From NCBI GenBank assembly GCA_964368425.1, contig CAYJAP010000002.1:1-61812 (forward strand): DNA of 61,812 bases, written 5' to 3'. Position 1 is the first letter of the stretch; each line of letters opens with the position of its first letter. A program made the position numbers and the translations under genes. The notes beneath the pieces were generated by a model that did not search any database, was not told where the DNA came from, and was given only the letters and a program-made list of their open reading frames with translations. Source of the DNA: an uncultured Lachnospiraceae bacterium (GTDB lineage Bacteria; Bacillota; Clostridia; Christensenellales; UBA1242). Shown piece after piece: positions 18,745 through 28,584 of this stretch.

Positions 18745-18775
18745 AAAACACATCTTATGAGATGTGTTTTTTATT
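18745..18775 (+). terminator. Intrinsic terminator after asnS
   Basis: ACACATC / GATGTGT arms, loop TTATGA, T-run. Confidence 0.7.
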
Positions 18776-19035
18776 TTCATTCGATTTAGATTTTGTTTGC
18801 TAATAATAGTTCATTAACATAGATAGATTGCGCACATTGCTTAATATCTTATACAACACTGCCACATGTTATACTTATATTGTCAGAAACTATATATTTA
18901 TTGCCATTTTACACACATACATTGCCATGTCAATATATTTCTATCATAAGTGGTGTGCAGCCTGCTGTTATTAGAAACATGAGTCTGCCAATAAAATTCT
19001 TGAGCCATTAACATTATGCATCCAAGCAAAATTAA

Positions 19036-20733
19036 TTAATCATCACTCCTGTAATGTAACAGTTTTTTAGATAATCCCTCTTCCTGTAAGAAGAAGTCTT
19101 GATACACTTTTGTTACGCTCACATTTTTATGACTCTGTCTGTTCTTGAGTTGTTTGTCCGCATTGTATATTGCAGCACTGCGCTTAGCTATTACTTCAGA
19201 TAAATCCACTTTAGAATAATTCACGTAAGGTTGACCGCCTCCATTTATACATCCGCCCGGACATGCCATGACTTCTATAAAATGATAGGATTTCTTACCT
19301 GACTTAATTTGTTGCATAACTTTATTCGCATTCGCCAATCCGTTAACGATAGCAATTTTTAGTTTCATTTTATCTACAGTTAAGCTAACTTCTTTTATTC
19401 CTTTACTGTATCTAACCTCAGTAAAATCCATATTGCTCAAATCCTTGCCGGTTATGATTTCAGATGCCGTTCGCAATACTGCTTCCGTTACTCCGCCGGT
19501 TACACCAAAAATCAATCCTGCACCGCTATAAGTTCCGAGTGGGGAATCAAACTTTTCTTCACCAATTGCAGCAACATCAATTTTAGCTTCACGCACCATT
19601 CTCGCTAGCTCTCGAGTGGTGATTACAGCGTCAACATCTTCTGCCCGCTCAATCTCTCCTTTCTTAGCTGTGCACGGCATGATAGCAACTACTTTTAGGT
19701 TGGTTATACCTTTCGCTTTAGCATAATAATTTTTGACCACCGTGCCCAACATCTCACTTGGACTTTTACAACTGGATAGGTTTTTTTCGTACTCTTTATA
19801 ATTATTCTGAACGTACTTAAACCAGCCTGGACAACAACTAGAGAATTGTGGCAGATGTTTATTTTCTTTTATTCTGTCGACTAATTCACGAGCCTCTTCT
19901 ACAACTGTAAAATCTGCACCCATGTTTATATCAAAAATTTTATTAAATCCTAATAATCTCAGGCAGCCAACTAGCTTAGACTCATTAAAAGTTCCTATTT
20001 CTGCACCAAACTCTTCCATGAATGAAACCCTGACTGAAGGAGCTATTTGTGCGATTGTTACTACACTTTTATCCTTTAAAAGGGTTTTTACTTTATCTAC
20101 ACTACCGTTTTCCATCAACGCAGCCGTCGGGCAAACAAGCGTACATTGTCCACATCCTACACATGTGCTGCTACCTAAATCTGTTTTATAGCCACACGCT
20201 ATATGGCTGTCGAAACCACGTTTTGCTTTGGTAAGCGCGTACACATTTTGCACCTGTCCACACACTTCAATACACCTTCCGCACAGAATACATTTATTAT
20301 TGTTTCGGATGATACACGGTGAGCTTTCGTCTATCTCGTATTTATTCTTTTTACCAACGTAAGTAGTGTCTGGAATGTTGTACATTACGCATAATTTTTG
20401 CAACTGACAGTAGCCTACTTTTGCACAGTTAGCACAATCTTTATGGTGGCTTGATATCATAAGTCGCAACGTTTTAACCCTTGATTGCACTATAGCAGGG
20501 CTATTTGTTTTAACATCCATGCCTTCGTAAACTGTGGTATTACAAGCACAGACTAAGTTCTTTCTCCCAACAATTTCCACGACACAAATACGACAGTTGG
20601 CCGATTGAATAATGTCTTTTAAATAGCATAAAGTCGGGATAAATATATTATTATCCCTAGCCACTTGCAATATCGTTGCCCCCTTTTCTGCCGTTACTTT
20701 TTTCCCGTCAATAATTAGATTTACTTTATCCAT
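19036..20733 (-). CDS. hydA: [FeFe] hydrogenase catalytic subunit (HydA of trimeric HydABC type)
   Basis: N-terminal 2Fe-2S and multiple 4Fe-4S Cys clusters. H-cluster motifs MPCTAKK, SSCCPGW, MACPGGCINGGGQP. I chose the start at MDKVNLII (ATG 20733) with AGGGAG upstream; the track start 20754 would overlap hydB. Confidence 0.9.
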   Translation of the reverse strand: MDKVNLIIDGKKVTAEKGATILQVARDNNIFIPTLCYLKDIIQSANCRICVVEIVGRKNLVCACNTTVYEGMDVKTNSPAIVQSRVKTLRLMISSHHKDCANCAKVGYCQLQKLCVMYNIPDTTYVGKKNKYEIDESSPCIIRNNNKCILCGRCIEVCGQVQNVYALTKAKRGFDSHIACGYKTDLGSSTCVGCGQCTLVCPTAALMENGSVDKVKTLLKDKSVVTIAQIAPSVRVSFMEEFGAEIGTFNESKLVGCLRLLGFNKIFDINMGADFTVVEEARELVDRIKENKHLPQFSSCCPGWFKYVQNNYKEYEKNLSSCKSPSEMLGTVVKNYYAKAKGITNLKVVAIMPCTAKKGEIERAEDVDAVITTRELARMVREAKIDVAAIGEEKFDSPLGTYSGAGLIFGVTGGVTEAVLRTASEIITGKDLSNMDFTEVRYSKGIKEVSLTVDKMKLKIAIVNGLANANKVMQQIKSGKKSYHFIEVMACPGGCINGGGQPYVNYSKVDLSEVIAKRSAAIYNADKQLKNRQSHKNVSVTKVYQDFFLQEEGLSKKLLHYRSDD

Positions 20734-20741
20734 AACACTCC

Positions 20742-22601
20742 CTATCTGATACAATCCACTGCCCCAAATCTACACACTTTTTTACACTGTCCGCACTTTA
20801 TGCATTTGCTTTGATCTATAACATATGTCTTGCGAGGCTCTCCGCTGATCGCGTTTGTAGGACAGTTCCTAGCACACACTGAACAACCCACGCACTTTTC
20901 TGGAATTATCTCAAACTTAACCAACTGCGTACACTCTCCAGCAGGACATTTTTTATTAACTATGTGCTGAATATATTCTTCTTTATAGTTTTTTATAGTG
21001 GAAAGTATAGGATTTGGTGCGGATTGACCTAGCCCACACAGAGAATTATTTTGTGTGTACAAAGCCAGCTCCTGCAACTCTTCGAACTCTTCCATGCTTC
21101 CCTTTCCTTCTGTTATTCGCTGCAAAATTTCCAGCATTCTTTTTGTACCTATTCTGCAAGGAGTACACTTTCCGCACGATTCATCGCACGTGAACGATAA
21201 GAAATATTTAGCGAGATTAACCATACAGGTATCTTCATCTACGACTACCATTCCACCAGACCCCATCATGCTACCCAAAGCAGATAAAGTATCATATTCG
21301 ATGGGAACTTTTCCGTTCTTAATGTCTATACAGCCACCGCTCGGACCACCCATCTGTATCGCTTTAAACTTTTTCCCATTTGGAATACCGCCGCCAACAT
21401 CCTCTATTATTTCATTTATCGTTATTCCCATTGGAAGCTCTATAAGTCCCGTATTTTTTATATTTCCCGACAAGGAAAAGACTTTTGTTCCTTTGCTCTT
21501 TTCCGTGCCTAAAGAAGCAAAATGCTTTGCTCCATGCAAAATTATATCTGTGATATTTGCTAACGTTTCTACGTTATTGATAATGGTAGGCTTCTGACGC
21601 AAACCTCTTACTGCCGGATACGGTGGACGAGCTACCGGCTCCCCCCTCTTTCCTTCTACAGAAGCAATCAATGCCGTTTCTTCTCCACAAACAAAAGCTC
21701 CTGCCCCCTGTTTCACGGTTATGTCAAAAGAGAAGTTTGTTCCCAGAATATTTTTACCCAATAACCCTCGTTGCTTAGCCTCTTTTATTGTCTTTTCCAG
21801 CACATATCTAGCGAGAGCATACTCTGTTCTGACGTAGATAATCCCCTTACTTGCCCCGATAGCAAATCCCGCAATCTCCATAGCTTCTATAACCCCGTGC
21901 GGATTTCCCTCTATAATCGATCTGTCCATAAATGCGCCAGGGTCTCCCTCGTCTGCGTTACATATAACATACTTCTCTTTATTATTTTCGGTTCTTGCAA
22001 ACTCCCACTTTGTTCCCGTAGAAAAACCTGCTCCGCCCCTGCCTCGTAGTTTACTATCCTTAATCTCTTGGATTACGCTCTCTGGCGTCATTGTGCTTAG
22101 ACATTTGTATATAGCCTGATATCCATCTACAGCAATGTAATCCTCTATATTCTCTGGGTCGATATAATCCCAATTCTTGCGAACAACCATCTTTTGTTTT
22201 TTGAAAAAATCCATTTCGTCGCGGGTGCTAGCCAATGAACCGTCTTTATTTCTATACAAGTTAGCCTGCTCAATCTCTCCTGCTATAGTTTTATCAAAGA
22301 TATTTCTTGCGGCGTTTTCATCAACTTTAATGTAAAAAGTTCCCTCCGGATAAACCATCACGATAGGACCTTCTGCACATAAACCAAAACAACCACGATA
22401 GGTTACTCTACACTTTTTCTGCATCTTGCTTTCAATAATTTTATCTGCAAGTGCCTGATAAACCTCGCGACTTTTAATGCTAATACACCCTGTACTGCAA
22501 CACACCATAAACTCGTGTTGAACAGAAGAAGGCTCTCCCCATCGTCCAGCTATCTCTTTACGGCGCCTATCTCTAACTTTATTTAATTCCTGTATCGTCA
22601 T
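20742..22601 (-). CDS. hydB: NuoF-like NAD(P)H-binding flavoprotein subunit of the hydrogenase (HydB)
   Basis: GRGGAGFSTGTKW, ESCGKCTPCR, C-terminal 2x CxxCxxCxxxCP ferredoxin motifs, N-terminal thioredoxin-like 2Fe-2S domain. Confidence 0.88.
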   Translation of the reverse strand: MTIQELNKVRDRRRKEIAGRWGEPSSVQHEFMVCCSTGCISIKSREVYQALADKIIESKMQKKCRVTYRGCFGLCAEGPIVMVYPEGTFYIKVDENAARNIFDKTIAGEIEQANLYRNKDGSLASTRDEMDFFKKQKMVVRKNWDYIDPENIEDYIAVDGYQAIYKCLSTMTPESVIQEIKDSKLRGRGGAGFSTGTKWEFARTENNKEKYVICNADEGDPGAFMDRSIIEGNPHGVIEAMEIAGFAIGASKGIIYVRTEYALARYVLEKTIKEAKQRGLLGKNILGTNFSFDITVKQGAGAFVCGEETALIASVEGKRGEPVARPPYPAVRGLRQKPTIINNVETLANITDIILHGAKHFASLGTEKSKGTKVFSLSGNIKNTGLIELPMGITINEIIEDVGGGIPNGKKFKAIQMGGPSGGCIDIKNGKVPIEYDTLSALGSMMGSGGMVVVDEDTCMVNLAKYFLSFTCDESCGKCTPCRIGTKRMLEILQRITEGKGSMEEFEELQELALYTQNNSLCGLGQSAPNPILSTIKNYKEEYIQHIVNKKCPAGECTQLVKFEIIPEKCVGCSVCARNCPTNAISGEPRKTYVIDQSKCIKCGQCKKVCRFGAVDCIR

Positions 22602-22610
22602 TCTTTCTCC

Positions 22611-23075
22611 TTACTTGCACTCTGCAAGAATTCTATCCACGTCAGCAACCGTAACATGCGCGTAAATCTTATCGTTGATACTAACCACTGGTGCCAGTCC
22701 GCAACAACCTAGGCAACGAACTTGGGACATTCCAAACTTACCGTCTGCTGTCACACCATTTTCTTCAACATTCAACTTGGATTTTAACGTATTTATAAGG
22801 TCATTTGCTCCTAGTACGAAGCACGCCGTTCCTGTACAAACAGAGATATTATACTTGGCTTTAGGAGTAAAAGAAAACTGGGAGTAGAATGTTGCAACAC
22901 CAAATATTTCACTTTTAGAAACGTGTAAAACGTCGCTGATAATAGGAATTATCTGCTCTGGAATGTATCCAAAAACTTCGGACGCAAACTGAAGACAGTC
23001 TATTACATTTTCTTTAGACTTGAAGCGTTTAGTTATCGCTTTTCTAAATTCCTCTAATTTACTTATCTGTATCAT
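22611..23075 (-). CDS. hydC: NuoE-like 2Fe-2S subunit of the hydrogenase (HydC)
   Basis: CTGTACFVLG ... CLGCCGLAPV; AGGAGA SD; 154 aa. Confidence 0.85.
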   Translation of the reverse strand: MIQISKLEEFRKAITKRFKSKENVIDCLQFASEVFGYIPEQIIPIISDVLHVSKSEIFGVATFYSQFSFTPKAKYNISVCTGTACFVLGANDLINTLKSKLNVEENGVTADGKFGMSQVRCLGCCGLAPVVSINDKIYAHVTVADVDRILAECK

Positions 23076-23889
23076 TTTTTCTCCTTTTTACCCTAGCTCT
23101 AGTTGGTTCTTTTTGTTGCACGCCCTTTTCAACTGCGCCTTGCACCAATCGTTTTTCTTTATGTCTTTTTATTTCTCTAACTATAAGAGGCATGTACAAT
23201 ATCAGTAGCGCAAATATAAAGATTGCTAAATAAGAGAACATAAAGTGTGCCGTGCCGAACAGGTTGAGTGGTAAACCATTCTCCCTTATATACATAAAGT
23301 TTTCATTTAACCAGTAATTGCCTAACGACGCCCAACCCACTAAAGGAGCGAGTATTAGCGGTATTTGCCACAAGTCGTGGAGAGATTGTTTTATCTGTTT
23401 TGTAGCAGCTAAGGCAACCACCACACTTGGTAGCATTATATGCAAAATAATGCTTTCTATATCAAAGAATGTGATTACGTTATACTGATAATAATCACCA
23501 AATACGAACGTTAAAATTCCTCCCATCAAAGCAAAGAACGTGACAGCAGGATACAATCTTTTTGTGTTAGTGAACACACATATTGGTAGAACAAAAGCCA
23601 TTATGTGACACAGATGGAAAGGCAGTGAACCCACCAATGTCGTTACTCCCGTCGCTACCTGTAGAATCATTCGAAACGTTCGCGAAACAATCATAAATAT
23701 ACAACAAAACATGATTAGTATCTTAGCAAATCTTTCATACTTTCTGCACAAGAAATATGCGATAACTAGCCATACAAAAACTCCCACCATAAGACAGATA
23801 TGTAGCACAGAGAAAAGACCTTTTCCTGCTCCAAATGCTTGTTCGTTTGCAATCAACCAATCATAGAACGTAAATAACAAGTTTTGCAT
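23059..23889 (-). CDS. Multi-pass membrane protein, YwaF / TMEM164-like; overlaps the hydC start by 17 nt
   Basis: SLPFHLCH motif (LP.HLC is typical of the TIGR02206-type family, from memory), about 8 TM segments, basic tail. ATG 23889 is preceded by AGGAAG; the track start is GTG 23895. Confidence 0.5.
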   Translation of the reverse strand: MQNLLFTFYDWLIANEQAFGAGKGLFSVLHICLMVGVFVWLVIAYFLCRKYERFAKILIMFCCIFMIVSRTFRMILQVATGVTTLVGSLPFHLCHIMAFVLPICVFTNTKRLYPAVTFFALMGGILTFVFGDYYQYNVITFFDIESIILHIMLPSVVVALAATKQIKQSLHDLWQIPLILAPLVGWASLGNYWLNENFMYIRENGLPLNLFGTAHFMFSYLAIFIFALLILYMPLIVREIKRHKEKRLVQGAVEKGVQQKEPTRARVKRRKNDTDK

Positions 23890-24032
23890 GCACACTTCCT
23901 AGTATAATTTATAAATAATTGTACAATAAATGCCTTTAATTGTAAAACAAATCACAAGTAAAAAGGGGACATTCTTTGATAGAACCCCCTTAATCAACAT
24001 TTTACACCACACAAATTTATATGATTATACAA

Positions 24033-24060
24033 AAAATAAAGACCATTAGTCTTTATTTTT
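24033..24060 (-). terminator. Intrinsic terminator after the 162-aa lipoprotein gene
   Basis: AATAAAGAC / GTCTTTATT arms, loop CATTA, U-run on the minus-strand reading. Confidence 0.6.
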
Positions 24061-24067
24061 ATGAATA

Positions 24068-24556
24068 CTACACCTCTGGAGCGGCTTCAAATAATGTTCC
24101 AGCTTTAATCACAACCTTATATGACTGTGACTTAACTTCTTTGTTCCATTTCAAATCAAACTTGATTTCCATTTTGTCTGCAGAAACTAGAGGATAGTAC
24201 CAGAAGAAATTGTCGCCATCTAGGAAGTCTCCTGTGTGTTCTTTGTCACCAATTTTTAGCTTGATGCCGTCAAAATTATCTATCTCTTTTGGAGCGGTGA
24301 TTTGTAGTCCTACTCGGTTTCCAGCAGCACGCCCCAAGCTAAGATCTTCCTCGTAATAAGCAACCGTTTGTCCTGCTCCACCGAATGTTGCTACTCTTTT
24401 GTCTTCGTTATAAGAGAAGCTTAGCTCTGCTCCTCCAACATTGGACGGATCCCTTGTCACTGTCGCATACGGAACTGTCTTTTCGCAGGCAACTAATACC
24501 GTCAGAGAAAGCACCAATACTAGAGCTGCAGATATTGACTTTAAAAACTTTTTCAT
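24068..24556 (-). CDS. Small lipoprotein of unknown function
   Basis: MKKFLKSISAALVLVLSLTVLVAC is a signal peptide plus lipobox. No recognised domain. Confidence 0.7.
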   Translation of the reverse strand: MKKFLKSISAALVLVLSLTVLVACEKTVPYATVTRDPSNVGGAELSFSYNEDKRVATFGGAGQTVAYYEEDLSLGRAAGNRVGLQITAPKEIDNFDGIKLKIGDKEHTGDFLDGDNFFWYYPLVSADKMEIKFDLKWNKEVKSQSYKVVIKAGTLFEAAPEV

Positions 24557-24768
24557 ATAAATCTCCTTATTGAATTTTTATTATTATGTGTGCTTAGAAA
24601 AATATTATGCAGCTGATAATTGTAAAAATTTTCCTTTTAAAACAAAAAATCCTCCTTTACAATAAAATCCTTCAAATATTTTATTGCTCTTTAATTTGTT
24701 GCTTTATATTATTATTATAAAATATATTTAGTACTGTTATTTTTACAAATTCAATAAGGGAGTATTCC

Positions 24769-27123
24769 ATGGAAGCAACAAAAAAACTGAATCTACAACA
24801 ACCTAAGGCAAAAACTAAAAACTCTTTCTTTTTCAAGTACGGGTTATGGGCAATAGCAATAAACTTCGCCCTCTTTACAATACTTTTTTATGTGTTCGGC
24901 CGAGCTTCCATCTCGTACAGCCACCTAGCCCCCTTTGCGTTCGGGCTGTTTTTTGCGTTGATATATTGTAAATTTAACATCTTTAATCTATCAGTCTCAT
25001 ACATGGTGGGCTACGGATTGGCAACATTCTCACTAATCGGTCTTTACTCAGCATTAGGCGCAGTAGCTATAGCGTTAATAGTGTGGTTAATACACCGACA
25101 AATAAAGAAAAAGATTAATAAAATAACAGTGGGAATATACGGCATATTATCTCAATGGGTATACATATGGCTAAACAGCACTTCGTTGGAACAAGGAATA
25201 GCTGTGGCAATATCGGTAGTCCTGGGAGTATTTTTCCTATACGCAAGCGTGCATTTTCTATCTGCAACAATTGTGAGAGGATACAACTTTAAATTAGCTT
25301 CTGACGAAGCCATTTGCGGCTGTATCATACTCGCAGTTTTCGCCATGGGACTAGCCTCCATATCCCCTTTTGGAGTGGAGTTTTCTAAAATATTTTTGAC
25401 TCTACTTATATTTCTATCCACCTATCTTTTTACCGGAATCTCCCCTATATTAATTGCTTTTTCCTCGGGAATAGGCGTAGGTCTATACACAGGGAATATT
25501 ATATATACAGCCACTTTTATAACTTTTGCCCTGCTTTCTCTAGCGTTTAAAACTAACCATAAAATATTCAGCTGTATCGCAGTAATATTAGTTGAAGTAG
25601 TGCTGGGGCTATACTTTAAGGCGTATCCGCTCTTTAGTGTTTGGTCCATAGTAAGTGTCGCAATTGCAGGCGGGCTTTTCCTACTAACGCCTTTGAACAT
25701 TTTCTCAAAGGCTGTGGATATGTTAGGCGGATACAGAGAGAAACTGGCTATACGTAGCGTAGTTAATAGGAGCAAGCAAGGAATCTGTCGACGAATGAAC
25801 GAAATCGCCAACGTTTTTTTAGAGATGGATACAGTGTTTAGAAGCATGGTGCGAGGGTCATTATCGGAAGAGGACGCAAAGGCTATGTTAACACACGAGA
25901 TTGTAGATAACTGTTGCAAGAGTTGTCCTGAAAAGAATAATTGTTTGCGGGCGAACGGAAAGTATACCACTGAAGTGCTATCAAGCATAGTGGATGCTGG
26001 TTTTGAAAGAGGTAAAGCTACTTTACTGGACGTTCCCCAATATCTTGCCAGCAAATGTGGGAAAATCAACAGCATAATAAGTACAACCAATCAAATCCTT
26101 AACAACTACAAACAGCATGTGTCTATGGTACATAATATCGACAGTAGTAGAATTTTAATCGCGGAGCAACTTAATGGCGTTGGTGGAATTCTTAGAAATT
26201 TAGCTAATGAGGTTAACTTGAATATTTCTTTTGACGTAGAACGCGAAACGAGAATTATCGAGGAACTGAGCTATAAAAACATTTTCTGCGTAGAGGCTTT
26301 GGTGTACGAAGAAAATATATGGAACAAAAATGTTACACTGATTCTGAGGAATGAAAATATTGATAATGGTATTATCGAAAAGATAATAAGTAAAATTTGT
26401 AATAGCAAGCTAGCTGTTACAGAAGCGTCTACCGCTACCATACCAAACTGTGTGCTGGTAAACTTAAGAACCTGTGCCAACTATGACATTGTATTTGGAC
26501 AAGCCAGCTGCAGTAAATCCGGTATAGTATGTAGTGGGGATACTCACTCTCTCACAAAGATAGAAGAGGGCAGATATATGATCGCGATATGCGATGGAAT
26601 GGGTAGTGGAGAGCACGCAGAAAAATATAGCTCTTTGGCGATAAGTTTGATTGAGAATTTTTATAAGGCAGGATTTGATAACGAAATTATTTTAAGCAGT
26701 GTAAATCGATTACTTAGTTTAAACAACGAGGAACGATTTTCTGCGCTTGACATTTGTGTGCTCGATTTAAGACAAAACACTTGTGACTTTATTAAGCTGG
26801 GAGCGCCATACGGTTTTATAAAAAGAAAACTGAGTACAGAGATAGTAGAAACTTCGGGGCTACCTATTGGTGTACTAGAAGAGATGAAGCCTCACATCGT
26901 TAAAACTATAGTGCAGGATTTTGACAATATCATACTAGTTTCTGACGGAATAACCGACGCATATGGAAGTAAGGAGCAATTACAATCCTTTATCAATAAT
27001 ATAAACACTAACAATCCTCAGAAAATGGCAGACGAAATATTAGACCAGGCAATGGATATACTGCACGGCGTTAGTAAAGATGATATGACAGTTGTAGTAG
27101 TAAGAGTTTTTCCATTATCTTAA
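24769..27123 (+). CDS. spoIIE: Stage II sporulation protein E (membrane PP2C phosphatase)
   Basis: About 10 N-terminal TM segments plus a C-terminal PP2C domain (AICDGMGSG, VSDGITD, DDMTVVVVRV). Followed by tilS, as in Bacillus subtilis. Confidence 0.85.
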   Translation: MEATKKLNLQQPKAKTKNSFFFKYGLWAIAINFALFTILFYVFGRASISYSHLAPFAFGLFFALIYCKFNIFNLSVSYMVGYGLATFSLIGLYSALGAVAIALIVWLIHRQIKKKINKITVGIYGILSQWVYIWLNSTSLEQGIAVAISVVLGVFFLYASVHFLSATIVRGYNFKLASDEAICGCIILAVFAMGLASISPFGVEFSKIFLTLLIFLSTYLFTGISPILIAFSSGIGVGLYTGNIIYTATFITFALLSLAFKTNHKIFSCIAVILVEVVLGLYFKAYPLFSVWSIVSVAIAGGLFLLTPLNIFSKAVDMLGGYREKLAIRSVVNRSKQGICRRMNEIANVFLEMDTVFRSMVRGSLSEEDAKAMLTHEIVDNCCKSCPEKNNCLRANGKYTTEVLSSIVDAGFERGKATLLDVPQYLASKCGKINSIISTTNQILNNYKQHVSMVHNIDSSRILIAEQLNGVGGILRNLANEVNLNISFDVERETRIIEELSYKNIFCVEALVYEENIWNKNVTLILRNENIDNGIIEKIISKICNSKLAVTEASTATIPNCVLVNLRTCANYDIVFGQASCSKSGIVCSGDTHSLTKIEEGRYMIAICDGMGSGEHAEKYSSLAISLIENFYKAGFDNEIILSSVNRLLSLNNEERFSALDICVLDLRQNTCDFIKLGAPYGFIKRKLSTEIVETSGLPIGVLEEMKPHIVKTIVQDFDNIILVSDGITDAYGSKEQLQSFINNINTNNPQKMADEILDQAMDILHGVSKDDMTVVVVRVFPLS

Positions 27124-27146
27124 AATATACCTATTGACAACACATC

Positions 27147-27172
27147 AAAAACAAGGAAATCCTTGTTTTTTA
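27147..27172 (+). terminator. Intrinsic terminator after spoIIE
   Basis: ACAAGG-AAAT-CCTTGT followed by a T-run. Confidence 0.65.
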
Positions 27173-27226
27173 TTTGCCTATACTATATAATAAATATGTT
27201 AAGGAATAACAACCTATAGGGGAAAT

Positions 27227-28570
27227 ATGTTAAACATTAAAAAACTTATTATAGAAAACAATTTAATTGCGTCTGGCGATGTTGTTGGTGTAGCTTGTAG
27301 CGGGGGCATAGATAGTATGTGTTTGCTACATTATCTACATGCAAATCGCGCTCTTTTTGATTGTGAAATTATTGCCATCAATATTGACCACAACATCCGA
27401 GAGAACAGCAACTATGATTCTCTATTCGTTAAAGAATATTGTAAAAATAATAATATAAAATGCTTGTCTTTTAAGTTAGATATCCCGAAACTATGTGCCG
27501 ATAGAAAGATTGGTATGGAACAAGGAGCTAGAGAAGGTAGGTATCAGACCTTTAAAAAACTGGCTAATGAGCGCATTATATCCAAGATTGCTTTAGGACA
27601 TCATGTTTCTGACCAGGCGGAAACCATTCTTCTAAATATCTTTCGAGGAAGCGGAATAGTAGGGGCTAGAGGAATGGAAGCGATGCGGGAAAACTTTTAT
27701 ATCCGCCCATTATTAACCACTACAAAAAGTGAAGTTGTAGCGTACGCAAAGAAACATAAAATTAAACACGTAGAAGATGAAAGTAATTATGAAAATACAC
27801 CCGCAAGAAATTATCTGCGCAATATAATTATCCCTGCCATTAAAAAAAGATGGCCGGCCGTAGAATCCACTCTGAGCAATTTCTCATCCGCATGTAAGCA
27901 AGATGATGATTTTATAGAAAGCACAATTAGTAATCAGGCGGTTATCATAGATAACTATAATACTTGCAGAGTTTCTACCAGTTACCTTTCTTATCCTAAA
28001 GCCGTTGCTTTTAGAATATTAAGAAAGGCATGCAAAACCATCGGCGTTTTCATGGACATAGAAACACGTCACTTAAACATAATGGTGGGATTGGGGCTGG
28101 AAGCAGAAAATGGCAGCAGGATTAATTTGCCACACGGACTCACTGTTTTAAAAGAATATGGATATATTACTTTGACTAACCAACAAGTCATTCCTCAACA
28201 AATATCTCTTCCTCTGAAAAAAGGTAAAACGGACATTCCGTACTTTGGAGTGCTAGAAATTGTCAATACACGTAACGTTGATGACAAAAACCCATACACT
28301 CATCTAGTGGATGTAAAGAAAATTCCTACCTCTGCAGTGTGGCGATATAGAAAAGACGGGGACTCTTTTGAAAAGTTTGGTGGTGGTACAAAAAGCTTAA
28401 GCAATTACCTGATTGATAAAAAAATCCCGCAGCGCTTACGTAATGGAATCCCTGTGTTAGCTTGTGGTAGTGAAATTTTTATTATTGCCGGCGTGGAAAT
28501 AAGCAACAAGGTAAAAATAACTAAGGACAGCAAAAGCGCTTGGGGAATAAACGTTATAAAATTTAACTAA
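27227..28570 (+). CDS. tilS: tRNA(Ile)-lysidine synthase
   Basis: PP-loop VACSGGIDSMCL; 447 aa; synteny with spoIIE. Confidence 0.9.
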   Translation: MLNIKKLIIENNLIASGDVVGVACSGGIDSMCLLHYLHANRALFDCEIIAINIDHNIRENSNYDSLFVKEYCKNNNIKCLSFKLDIPKLCADRKIGMEQGAREGRYQTFKKLANERIISKIALGHHVSDQAETILLNIFRGSGIVGARGMEAMRENFYIRPLLTTTKSEVVAYAKKHKIKHVEDESNYENTPARNYLRNIIIPAIKKRWPAVESTLSNFSSACKQDDDFIESTISNQAVIIDNYNTCRVSTSYLSYPKAVAFRILRKACKTIGVFMDIETRHLNIMVGLGLEAENGSRINLPHGLTVLKEYGYITLTNQQVIPQQISLPLKKGKTDIPYFGVLEIVNTRNVDDKNPYTHLVDVKKIPTSAVWRYRKDGDSFEKFGGGTKSLSNYLIDKKIPQRLRNGIPVLACGSEIFIIAGVEISNKVKITKDSKSAWGINVIKFN

Positions 28571-28584
28571 CAAAGGATTAGCAT

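Noticed and set aside
18850-19000. Recurring (T/C)TGCCA motifs (near 18860, 18902, 18923, 18985) downstream of hydA
   Set aside because: The spacing is irregular, the motif is short (5-6 nt), and there is no dyad symmetry or known matching operator. It could easily arise by chance. I also found no clear hydA terminator here.
24557-24768. Spo0A boxes (TGTCGAA) upstream of spoIIE
   Set aside because: I looked for them because B. subtilis spoIIE is Spo0A-activated. There is no TGTCGAA or TTCGACA, or any one-mismatch match, in the 212-nt spacer, so no claim is made.
25152-26090. Minus-strand ORFs of 89 aa (25152..25421) and 222 aa (25422..26090) inside spoIIE
   Set aside because: They lie entirely within the well-supported spoIIE frame, have no SD and produce no recognisable product. 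They are typical antisense open frames in AT-rich DNA. The same applies to 21055..21597 in hydB, 29942..30451 in rsmA, 6354..6866 in the lipoprotein gene, 31869..32339 in spmA and 49086..49484 in the carboxypeptidase gene.
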